The notes below the pieces were generated by a model. It had not been told where the DNA came from. It made no database searches and saw only the letters and a program-made list of their open reading frames with translations. The position numbers and the translations under genes are program-made. Below, one piece after another: positions 54,869 to 63,240 of a DNA stretch of 64,000 bases (position 1 is its first letter; each line of letters opens with the position of its first letter). Origin of the DNA: a virus. Lineage: Duplodnaviria > Caudoviricetes. The stretch is from positions 1 to 64,000 of the IMG/VR virus record IMGVR_UViG_2920551333_000002; one strand, given 5' to 3'.

Positions 54869-55218
54869 TTCAGCACCTCGCGGATCGGCTTGGCGATCAG
54901 CAGCTTGACCACCTCCGCCTCCTCCCGGACTGCGCGCTCCAAGAACTTCGGCGTCCGGCCTTCCTTGTGGTGGAGATACAGATCTTCGTGCTGCACCTTC
55001 GCGTAGGGCGTGTTGTAGCGGACGACGGCGAGCAGGCTCCTGCGTCGAACGAGGGCCTTGCCCGACCGCTCCAGCGCGCCCTTGTCATGGGGGACGCGCT
55101 GGTTGGACACCGCCAGCACATGCTCAGCAGCTAGCCGCAGTCCATCGGCGGCTGCGTTCCGGATCAGCTCGGTGATCTCTTCCTCGCTGATTCGCGAGTT
55201 GAAGTCGGCGTTGGCCAT
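54865..55218 (-). CDS. Neck protein (HK97 gp10-like)
   Basis: VPHDKGALERSG...YNTPYAKVQHE...PKFLERA. Confidence 0.75.
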   Translation of the reverse strand: MANADFNSRISEEEITELIRNAAADGLRLAAEHVLAVSNQRVPHDKGALERSGKALVRRRSLLAVVRYNTPYAKVQHEDLYLHHKEGRTPKFLERAVREEAEVVKLLIAKPIREVLK

Positions 55219-55532
55219 CAGCGGCACACCACCTCAACGTGATCCGGCGTCGGCAGCCCGCCGCCGTCGCGGGAGAAGGACGTGATGACGGTGGTCTGCC
55301 GTCCGTTGACGGTGACCCTGCTCCCTTCCGGGCAGATGGTGCCCGGTGGGAGAAACACGGTCGTGTCGGAGACAACCTCGGCCCCTTGGGCGTCCCTGAC
55401 CAGCCTGCGCTCGTCGTCCACGAGGCAGCGGGACTCGAACGCCGGCCCGAACACCGGCCCGTACGCGCCATCCCCCTGAAACGGTTCGATGGTCGCCTTG
55501 TGACGCAGCAGCCACTCGGGCAGCATCACCAC
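55218..55532 (-). CDS. Head-closure protein
   Basis: Synteny; RLVRDAQGAEVVS, CPEGSRVT. Confidence 0.7.
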   Translation of the reverse strand: MVMLPEWLLRHKATIEPFQGDGAYGPVFGPAFESRCLVDDERRLVRDAQGAEVVSDTTVFLPPGTICPEGSRVTVNGRQTTVITSFSRDGGGLPTPDHVEVVCR

Positions 55533-55915
55533 ACGCTCCCGTCGAGGATGTAGCCGGGCAGCAGCCCGGCCCGCTGCAGAATCGACGAGGCGTCCGGGGA
55601 GTACCGCGGGGGCGGCGCGTCACCGGCGCCGCCACGTTCCAGCCGGACCGAGCCGATGCTGACCGATTTGAACGCTGCGGCTACGCCGAACTCGTCGCCC
55701 ACGGCGATCGTCCACGCGACCTGCGCGCACGTCGCCCGCTTCATCGCCGCAGCGTCCTCGGGCCGGGTCGGCAGGCCGGCGTCGTCGGTCGGGTAGATCG
55801 AGGCGAACAGCAACTCGTCGACCCGCTCCGACGCGCGCTCCAGCCGCCGCTCGATGTCGTCGGGCGCGGCCTGGCCCGTGTATGCCGTGTAGTCGGCGGC
55901 GTTCGCGTACGCCAT
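55526..55915 (-). CDS. Head-tail connector protein
   Basis: MAYANAADY...LERASERVD...ATCAQV...SVSIGSV. Confidence 0.75.
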   Translation of the reverse strand: MAYANAADYTAYTGQAAPDDIERRLERASERVDELLFASIYPTDDAGLPTRPEDAAAMKRATCAQVAWTIAVGDEFGVAAAFKSVSIGSVRLERGGAGDAPPPRYSPDASSILQRAGLLPGYILDGSVW

Positions 55916-55917
55916 AG

Positions 55918-56262
55918 CTACACCGGCAGTTCGAGAACCACGACCGACACGCCGACCGGGTCGGAGTAGTCGATGTAGACCTTGCCGTTGGTCTGCCGGT
56001 AGATCGGCTTGAATGCGGGGATCAGCACGTCACCCGTGTTCGCTGGGATGACGTAAGGCTTGTCCACGATGTCCTGGCCGTCCACGGTCGCCGGGATCTG
56101 CACCGTCACCGTGCGCGCCGACGCATTGGTGTTCTTCACCCGCAGCATCCGCCGCTCCGAGTGGACGAACATGTGCCCGTCCGCGATGGCCGGCGTGAGC
56201 GCGGTGGTGAGGTCCAGTCCCGTGCGCGGCACGGGGACGGCAGTCAGGTCAGTCCTCGCCAT
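55918..56262 (-). CDS. Virion-associated hypothetical protein
   Basis: Beta-rich; after capsid genes. Confidence 0.6.
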   Translation of the reverse strand: MARTDLTAVPVPRTGLDLTTALTPAIADGHMFVHSERRMLRVKNTNASARTVTVQIPATVDGQDIVDKPYVIPANTGDVLIPAFKPIYRQTNGKVYIDYSDPVGVSVVVLELPV

Positions 56263-56527
56263 TGGGTTCTCCCCCGAATTCCTCGATGAGCGCGGCCTTG
56301 CTCAGCGACTTGGCGTCGGCTTCGGGCATGCCGCAGGCGACCGCGTACTCGACCCACACGGCCTTGATGTCGTGATCGGACGGGCGGCCCAGCCCAGCCG
56401 GGCCGGGCTCGTCGGCGGGCTCAGGCCCGCCGACGATGCTCCAGTTGTCCAACATGTCCAGGCAGGGGTCCCGCTGTTCGAGCGGGACCACCTGCCCGGT
56501 GTTGGAGTTGCGGTAGACGAACGTCAC
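56249..56527 (-). CDS. Small head-region protein
   Basis: KAVWVEYAV...AKSLSKAALIE; GTGA-coupled to capsid. Confidence 0.6.
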   Translation of the reverse strand: MTFVYRNSNTGQVVPLEQRDPCLDMLDNWSIVGGPEPADEPGPAGLGRPSDHDIKAVWVEYAVACGMPEADAKSLSKAALIEEFGGEPNGED

Positions 56528-57465
56528 GCCGCCTGCACCCCGTGGATGAGGACGGCCCGGTGGGGGTCGAGCGTCTTGACGCCGTAGAGGCAGTCCACGC
56601 TGACGATGTCTTGCTTCTTCGAGATGTCGTAGTCCATCACCACGCGGACGCCGAACCCCTTGTAGCTCTCCACCGCGGCGTTGGCCGCGCCCTGCGGGAG
56701 GACGAGAGGCCTGGTCACGAGGGCGAACGCGGTCCTGTGGAAGCCCACGCCGATCTCGGTGTTCGGCTGACCCACCGGCGGCGCCGCGGTCGGGGCATCG
56801 ATGTTCTGGGTCTGGAAGGCATCGAACCCGAACACGCGCCTGCCCAGGCTCGCCTCACGCAGACCGTCCGTCGTGCCCGACGTGTCAGCCTGGTGGAACA
56901 GCGGGTCCGACAGCCACTTCGCCTCGATCTCCGGGCCGACCACCAGGTGACGGTCCGCCGCCGGGACGTTGCGCTGGTTCAGCACGCGCCTGGCGTCGAT
57001 GGCCGTCTTCGGGTCGTCGTACGGGTGGATCGCGTTGCCGGTCACGCCCGTGATCGGCGCGTTCGCCACGCCGACGCGCTGCACGATGTCGGCGCGCAGC
57101 GACAGGATGTCCCGGTCGATCTTCTGGCTGATCGCCTCCATCGCGGGGTTGAGGAGCTGCGTGCCGAAGTCCTCGATCTCCAGCGTGAGCTCTTCCGACG
57201 TCACGCTGAAGCTGACGTCGGCGAAGTGGTTCAGCGTGATCGGCACGCTGCCCTCGGACGCGTTCTGGATCTGGATGCCGGTCGCGCGATCGAACTCGTT
57301 CGCCGTGAAGACGGCCGGCTTCCGCACGGAGATCGTGTCGCCGACGCGAGAGACGAACTCCTCCTCATAGTCGCGGTGGACGAGCTGCGCCATGACACAG
57401 GTCTCGTACAGCGTGGCCAGCGCCGCCTTGGCGATGATCGACGGGGTCAGAAAAGTGTTAGCCAT
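56524..57465 (-). CDS. Major capsid protein (P22 coat-like family)
   Basis: MANTFLTPSIIAKAAL...VGDTISVRKP...GFHRTAFALVTRPL...DCLYGVKTL. Confidence 0.88.
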   Translation of the reverse strand: MANTFLTPSIIAKAALATLYETCVMAQLVHRDYEEEFVSRVGDTISVRKPAVFTANEFDRATGIQIQNASEGSVPITLNHFADVSFSVTSEELTLEIEDFGTQLLNPAMEAISQKIDRDILSLRADIVQRVGVANAPITGVTGNAIHPYDDPKTAIDARRVLNQRNVPAADRHLVVGPEIEAKWLSDPLFHQADTSGTTDGLREASLGRRVFGFDAFQTQNIDAPTAAPPVGQPNTEIGVGFHRTAFALVTRPLVLPQGAANAAVESYKGFGVRVVMDYDISKKQDIVSVDCLYGVKTLDPHRAVLIHGVQAA

Positions 57466-57489
57466 TCGGGCCTTTCAACTCCTTTGGAA

Positions 57490-57513
57490 GCTAAAAGCGA
57501 CTCCGCTTTCAGC
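57490..57513. promoter_or_regulatory. 24-bp pseudo-palindrome site upstream of capsid gene
   Basis: GCTAAAAGCGACTCCGCTTTCAGC. Confidence 0.75.
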
Positions 57514-58342
57514 GGTCAGACGAGGCGCGCTTCCTACGCAGGGCGCGGAACTCGTCGATGGAGGGCTCGGAACTCGGCGCTCGCTCACCAGGCCCGCCGG
57601 TGAACTCACCCCCCGAGCGCGCGGGCGGCCCCGCCTGGGAAGCCGCCTTGAACTTCGGGTTGTTCTCCACCGCCGTCTGAATGGTCTCGGCCAGGCTGGT
57701 GGAGAAGTTGTCGGCGTCCGGGTCCATGTCCCGGACCGCCTTCAGAAAAGACCTGGAATCGAGCAGGGCGTCCGGGTCCGCACCGACCTTCTGGCTGGCG
57801 CGATGCACCGCGAGCTCGATCAGCGCGCGGCGGTGCCGCTCACGCTCCTTGTCGCGCTCGGCCGCCGTGGTGTCCCGCTCGGCCGTCAGCGTCTCGATCA
57901 CCTGCTCGGGCGAAGGCGGCGTCTCCTCAGCCGCCAGACCCAGGGCCTTGGCGATCTGCTGGGCGAAGTCCGACTTCACCTGGTTGGTGATCTCCTCCTG
58001 CGACGGCCCCTGCTGCTTGGTGGCCTCGTCGGCCGACTTCTGCGCATCGGCCAGCCGGGTACGGTAGTCCCCAGCCTCCTTCCGCGCGTCCTTGATGAGC
58101 TTCTGCGCCCACGAAGGAAGTTGGTCCACGCGCCGGGCGTCCGGGTTGACCGGCTCGTCGACCGCGGGCTCCTCGGGCGGCGTGACCCCGGTCTCGGCAG
58201 GCGAGATCTGCGCATCCTGCTGCTCCGACTGGCCTTCGCCGTCCTCGGGTGCGCCACCAGCGATCAGGTAGATCGGGGTGACGCCGTCCTTGCGGTAGCC
58301 GAGCAGCGCGCCAGGCGTGGTCGGCAGGGTGTTTTCGAGCAT
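57509..58342 (-). CDS. Capsid scaffolding protein
   Basis: LPSWAQKLIKDARKEAGDYR, ADPDALLDSRSF; upstream of capsid. Confidence 0.75.
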   Translation of the reverse strand: MLENTLPTTPGALLGYRKDGVTPIYLIAGGAPEDGEGQSEQQDAQISPAETGVTPPEEPAVDEPVNPDARRVDQLPSWAQKLIKDARKEAGDYRTRLADAQKSADEATKQQGPSQEEITNQVKSDFAQQIAKALGLAAEETPPSPEQVIETLTAERDTTAAERDKERERHRRALIELAVHRASQKVGADPDALLDSRSFLKAVRDMDPDADNFSTSLAETIQTAVENNPKFKAASQAGPPARSGGEFTGGPGERAPSSEPSIDEFRALRRKRASSDR

Positions 58343-58417
58343 GACGAGATCGCCCTCCTGGAGCGTGTCGTCGGACAAGGGAAAGGCCCGCGCCAGGCGG
58401 GCCTTGAGAGGGGGCGT

Positions 58418-58588
58418 CTACGCGCCCGCGTTGTATCGCACGTACGTGCGCATCCACAGCAGCCGCAACGCACGCTGCCGAGCATCACCACGCGCCCGGT
58501 ACGGGCAGGCGGTGACCGGCATGCCGCGCTCACCGGCCAGACGACCGAACGTGATCGCGGCCCGGCGGTCGGTCTCAGTGATGGTCAT
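58418..58588 (-). CDS. Small Rmf/CrpP-fold-like protein
   Basis: GRLAGERGMPVTACPY...WMRTY; ATGA-coupled to minor capsid gene. Confidence 0.55.
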   Translation of the reverse strand: MTITETDRRAAITFGRLAGERGMPVTACPYRARGDARQRALRLLWMRTYVRYNAGA

Positions 58589-61062
58589 ACGCCGAACTCC
58601 CTCCCGGCGCCGCCCGCGCGGATCTGCTCGGCCGCCCGCCGGTCGGACTCCCGCCCGAGCCACTGCGCGCGGAACTCTGTGAGTGTCAGCCGCGGGCTGT
58701 CCTGCCAGAACCGCAGCAGTTCCTCCGAGGCGTACTTCCGAGCGCGTGCGCCTGGCCCGGAGAACAGCGACCGCTCGTTGATCCCGGCCGCCCGCCCTTC
58801 GGCGTTCAGCATGAACCCGTTCGTGTCGGCCTCGGCCCGCTCGTACGCCCGGTCGAGCCATTCGGCGTACAAGCGGCGCACCGCCTGGTCGATGTCCTCG
58901 CCCGGGCGACGGTCAGCCTCCAGCAGCGCCCGCCGCTCCTGACGCTCCAGCTCGGCCGGGTCCAGCCCGTGAACCTCGGCGTACGCCTCCATGTAGGAGT
59001 AGCGGCCCGACGCGATCAGGTCCGAGATCTGCCGGTCGGCGTCGGTCTCTTCCTCGCGCCAGTTCCACGTCCAGACGTCGCGTGTCTCCCGCTCGATGCG
59101 GTCCAGCTCGTCCAGCAGGCGGGACATGCCGTCGTCGTCGTCCTGGTACCGCTCCATCACCGCCATCACGTCGTCGTCGCTGAGATCGTTGATGTTGTGG
59201 ATCTCCCTCAGCGCCGCGATCGGGTCGTCGGCCCTGGCCGGGCTCTGCCGCCGCTTCGGCTCCTCACGCGGCTTGGCCGGCTCGGGGCTCGGGGTCGGCT
59301 TCCGCGTGGTGCGGCGGCCACCTCGAACCGCCCGAAACAGCGACTTGTAGTAGCCGGGCCGGTGGTCGGGAGTGGCCTCCTCATACCTGTCGGCCGCCTC
59401 CATGATCGCCGCCGCGAACGTATCCGGATCAGCGTCGCGCCGCTCCTCGTCCCAGACGTCGAAGATCTCACTATCGGACGCCGCCGCCGGGTCGATCCCG
59501 TACTTGGACTGGAGCCGAATCCGGATCCAGGCGGCCAACTGCTCGGTCACCTCGGTCTTGGTCATCCGCTTGTCGGTGCCAGGCTTGACCGGCGGCTTCC
59601 ACGCCTCCTCCTCCACCTGGCGCGCGGTCTCCTCGACCTCGGCCGCAGCCTCGTCGCGGCGTTTGACCTCCTGTTCGAGCCGCGCCATAGCCTGCTCGTC
59701 GGTGGCGAACTTCGCTGCCTGCTCGGCGAGCTGCTCGTCGGTCAACGTGTCCAGGTCCCTCGGCGGAGCATCGGCCTTCTCACGCTCCCGCCTGCGACGA
59801 AGCGACGTCACCTTCGGCAAGGCCCGAAGCTGCTCCTCGTACTCGGCCGCCTTCGCCTCAGCCTTCGCCCGAGCTTCATCGTCCTCTGCCTCGGCAGCAC
59901 GCCGGCGTGCGGCGTTGATCTTCCGCTGCAGGTCAGATCCCGCCGTCAGCTCCGAAAGCTGCCCCTCGTACTGGGCCACCTTCGCATCGGCCTTCGCCCG
60001 AGCGCCATCATCGAGCGCGACCGCTGCTCGCCGCCGGTGCTCGCGAACCTTGCGTTCGAGATACCGCTGCCGCTGCGCATCCTCGTACGTCGTGTCCGAC
60101 CGTACGACCGGCGCCGGCTTGGACACGCCCGGAAGGTAGGCGTTCAGGCTGTGGCCGCAGGACGGGTGCAGCAGCCCCTCCCGCCGCGCCTGCTCGACCA
60201 CCCCCGCCACCTTCACGAACACCTGCACGCCAGTCGCAGGGTTCTCCTCCACGCGCATCCCAGCCGCACCGGACAGCGCCAGCACTTCGCCCTCCCAGGG
60301 GGCACACTGCTTGCAGGTGTACGGCAGCCGGGACACGCTGACGAGGGTGATCCCCGCCTCACGCAGGGTGGACAGGTGCCCATCCACCGCCGCCCGGGCG
60401 GTCGCCGTGCGCATCGCCATCTCGACGTAGGCGGCCATGCTCCACGTGCGGGGCGGCTTCGCCCCGTCGACGAACCCGCTAATGCCCTGCGCAGCGAACT
60501 TGTCGAGCGCCCGCTGCGCTGCCTCGTCCAGAGTCTCTGCACCCACCAGCACCCGACTGGCGGTCTCGGCGACCACGCTGCGGTACATGTAGTCGACGGC
60601 ACGAAGCGCGCCTTGGCTCACCGCCGCAACCATCTTGGCCGAGTAGGCGGCCAGCTCGGCGACGCCCTCACCAGCGTTGATGCCCTGCTCCGCGCCGAGA
60701 TTCTTCGCATCCTGCAGCACCTTGGCCAGCCGCTTGCGAAGCTTCGCGTCATGGACCTGCAGCACCGCGCCGCGCACCGCGGCGTCCATGCCTTCGGCCC
60801 AGGTGTCCAGCACCGCCCGCTGCGCGGCCGCCTTCGCGGCCGCCTCCAGACGGCGGACGATCGACTCGGCTTCCTTGCGGAGCTGGGTGACCTCGGCGAG
60901 CCTCTGATCCGCCCAGTCGGCGCCGTCGCTGGTGTCGAGGTCCTTGCCGACCCGCGCGGCGATGCGCTCCAGGAGCGCCGTCTCCGCGTCGACGTACATG
61001 GCTGCGATGAGCCGCGCCTGCTCCAGCCCAGCCTCGATCGCCCCGGCTGGAGTGATGGTCAT
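58585..61062 (-). CDS. Minor capsid (MuF-like) protein with long C-terminal extension
   Basis: WSMAAYVEMAMRT, CKQCAPWEG, GLLHPSCGHS, QRQRYLERKVR; about 400 extra residues. Confidence 0.85.
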   Translation of the reverse strand: MTITPAGAIEAGLEQARLIAAMYVDAETALLERIAARVGKDLDTSDGADWADQRLAEVTQLRKEAESIVRRLEAAAKAAAQRAVLDTWAEGMDAAVRGAVLQVHDAKLRKRLAKVLQDAKNLGAEQGINAGEGVAELAAYSAKMVAAVSQGALRAVDYMYRSVVAETASRVLVGAETLDEAAQRALDKFAAQGISGFVDGAKPPRTWSMAAYVEMAMRTATARAAVDGHLSTLREAGITLVSVSRLPYTCKQCAPWEGEVLALSGAAGMRVEENPATGVQVFVKVAGVVEQARREGLLHPSCGHSLNAYLPGVSKPAPVVRSDTTYEDAQRQRYLERKVREHRRRAAVALDDGARAKADAKVAQYEGQLSELTAGSDLQRKINAARRRAAEAEDDEARAKAEAKAAEYEEQLRALPKVTSLRRRREREKADAPPRDLDTLTDEQLAEQAAKFATDEQAMARLEQEVKRRDEAAAEVEETARQVEEEAWKPPVKPGTDKRMTKTEVTEQLAAWIRIRLQSKYGIDPAAASDSEIFDVWDEERRDADPDTFAAAIMEAADRYEEATPDHRPGYYKSLFRAVRGGRRTTRKPTPSPEPAKPREEPKRRQSPARADDPIAALREIHNINDLSDDDVMAVMERYQDDDDGMSRLLDELDRIERETRDVWTWNWREEETDADRQISDLIASGRYSYMEAYAEVHGLDPAELERQERRALLEADRRPGEDIDQAVRRLYAEWLDRAYERAEADTNGFMLNAEGRAAGINERSLFSGPGARARKYASEELLRFWQDSPRLTLTEFRAQWLGRESDRRAAEQIRAGGAGREFGV

Positions 61063-62636
61063 CAGTCCTCGCCGGTCGCATCAGGGATCCACGTCTCGCC
61101 CAGTGTTGCCGGGTCGGGCACGTTCAGGCCGAGCTCGTCGCGGAGCCGCGTCTTCTCAGCTTCGACCTGGACGTCGTCCCAGTCGGGATGCACCCACCTG
61201 ATTTTCGTGTCCAGGCTGACGGCTTGGGCCCGGTTCAGCAGGTCCAGCGTTCGCCCGATCGACTCCGGGTCCGGCATGACGCCGTCCGGCCATTCGACGG
61301 TGGCACGCTCAGCCACGACCTTCGTCCCGAACACAGCATGATCCACTGCCAGCATCGCCTCCGCCAACCAGGCCAAGCGCGGCGTCCAATAGCCGATCTT
61401 CCGACCGCGCGTCGAGTACGAGCGGTGCTTCTCCATGTGGATCTCGGTCGCCGTCTTGGCCTGGCCGTTGCCGCCCTCAGCGAACGACTGCAGCGCGTAT
61501 CCTGCGCCGCGAACGATCTGCTCCACCAGGCCTTTCGACGTGTCGGCGTGCTCCTGCACGCGGATGGAGAACTGGCTGAGGGTGATCATGCTGCCGGGGT
61601 TCTGCGGCGACGGCAGCATGCCGCCCAGCGCGCTGTAAATCTCCCGGTCCGGATCCCAAGACGCGGCCTGGCCACGCCCGGCCGTCGTCAGGTACACCTC
61701 CGGGACGATGATCCTGGCTTTGCCGAGCCGCAGGTCACGCATCCAGCTCGTCCACGTCTCGTCCAGGGCGTCCATCAACGGCTCGACACCGGCGTAGTCG
61801 CTGCGGCCGACCGCCGTACCCCTGATGAGCCTGTGCGGCCTCATGTTCGGGACGTAGTCGACCAGCAGGCCACGCCCGTACCCGCTGTCGAACCCGCCGT
61901 CTTCGTCCACCAGCGGCGCGAACTCGGCGGTGGCCGGGTGGTCCTCCAGCGGCATTTGCCTGCCCAGGTGGTCCTCGTCGCCGAGGTACAAGCCATGGAA
62001 GACGCGGCCGATCTCGTGCTTCTCCAGGTGTCGCCACACCTCGCCGGATCGGGCGTCCTCGTGCACGACCCGCCAGAAAGTGACGGCCTTGAGCCGGCCA
62101 TGGTGGAACTCCGGCACCGCGGCGTCCGGCGGCAGCGCGTCCACGACCGGGTGATCAGCCATGGTCGTGTCCCAGCCCACCCTGAGGTAGACGCCGCCGT
62201 ACGCGGCTGCCAGCTCTGCGGCTTCAAGCAGGCTGCCGTACGCGCCTGCCTCGTGCAGGACGGAGTCGAGCCGCTGCTGTCCCTTCTTGCCCTTCAGCTT
62301 CAGAGTGGGCGGCTCGGAAAACAGCAGGTCAGCCGAGGTGGCGGCGATGTCAGCGGCGAGCGGGATGTGAAGCTTCGTCGCCCGCGACTGCGCGGCCGGG
62401 GTCGGCGTCCCCCAGAAGTACCGAACCATCCGGCCGAGGTAACCGCCCGCACGAGTGATCGGACGGTCCCAGCCCTTCGGGTCCATGCCCATCCTGGGCT
62501 GTGCCTGATTGCCGCCGTACACCTGCGCCAGCTTGTCCGGGTCACCGGCGTACCAAGCTCCGTGGGTGTCGTAGAGCCGCATCTCCTGACGGATCGCAGG
62601 CGGCGGCCACTCCACATTACGATCGGGAAGCGGCAT
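61062..62636 (-). CDS. Portal protein
   Basis: LHIPLAADIAATSADLLFSEPP, GRSDYAG, ALDETWTSWMRDLRLGK, KTATEI. Confidence 0.9.
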   Translation of the reverse strand: MPLPDRNVEWPPPAIRQEMRLYDTHGAWYAGDPDKLAQVYGGNQAQPRMGMDPKGWDRPITRAGGYLGRMVRYFWGTPTPAAQSRATKLHIPLAADIAATSADLLFSEPPTLKLKGKKGQQRLDSVLHEAGAYGSLLEAAELAAAYGGVYLRVGWDTTMADHPVVDALPPDAAVPEFHHGRLKAVTFWRVVHEDARSGEVWRHLEKHEIGRVFHGLYLGDEDHLGRQMPLEDHPATAEFAPLVDEDGGFDSGYGRGLLVDYVPNMRPHRLIRGTAVGRSDYAGVEPLMDALDETWTSWMRDLRLGKARIIVPEVYLTTAGRGQAASWDPDREIYSALGGMLPSPQNPGSMITLSQFSIRVQEHADTSKGLVEQIVRGAGYALQSFAEGGNGQAKTATEIHMEKHRSYSTRGRKIGYWTPRLAWLAEAMLAVDHAVFGTKVVAERATVEWPDGVMPDPESIGRTLDLLNRAQAVSLDTKIRWVHPDWDDVQVEAEKTRLRDELGLNVPDPATLGETWIPDATGED

Positions 62637-62660
62637 CGCCCACGCTCCTCATCTGCATGC

Positions 62661-62921
62661 TCATCCAGCAGCCGCCGGCCAGTGCCAGGTGCCGGGCTCG
62701 GAACCGGGTGGGATGTTGTGCTCGGGGAAGCCGCCCGCTGCGCCAGGGGTGAACACCCACAGGTGCACGTGGAAAGCGGAGTCCAGCGGAGGGACTGCGC
62801 CCACCTGCACTCCGGCGGGGTCGAGGGTGTCCACGTCAGCGGTCACGATGGCCGCTCTGATCGCGTGGAGGCCCTGCGTGCCCCGGTAGCGGACGATCCG
62901 ACCGGTCGTCGGGCGATCCAT
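62661..62921 (-). CDS. Hypothetical phage protein, paralog of 39377-39673
   Basis: PTTGRIVRY...AAIVT...VHLWVFTPG...WHWP. Confidence 0.65.
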   Translation of the reverse strand: MDRPTTGRIVRYRGTQGLHAIRAAIVTADVDTLDPAGVQVGAVPPLDSAFHVHLWVFTPGAAGGFPEHNIPPGSEPGTWHWPAAAG

Positions 62922-62930
62922 GAAGACTCC

Positions 62931-63230
62931 TTAGATGACGTCGATCAGCCCGGCGGGAAGGACTGGCTTCTCAAGCTGGGCGGTCACCCGCACCCACGCC
63001 TGCCAGGTGCCGTCCGGGCGCGAGGCGGTACCCCCAGGGCCGAACAGGATCCGCGCCGTCGCGCCCTTGTCGGTCACGGACCCGGGCTTCCACTCGGCGG
63101 CGTGCCAGTCCCCTTCAACGGGCTCGGCCCCCGGCGCGGTGAACGCGATCTCCACCTGCTCCGTCGCCGTCGCGCCGCGCACGAAGATCGGCAGCCACTC
63201 TCGCGACAGCGACGAGATCGTCTCTCCCAA
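62931..63230 (-). CDS. Hypothetical virion protein
   Basis: AAGGAG RBS before TTG; ARILFGP...GTWQAWVRVT. Confidence 0.6.
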   Translation of the reverse strand: MGETISSLSREWLPIFVRGATATEQVEIAFTAPGAEPVEGDWHAAEWKPGSVTDKGATARILFGPGGTASRPDGTWQAWVRVTAQLEKPVLPAGLIDVI

Positions 63231-63240
63231 GTCGGGCTCC

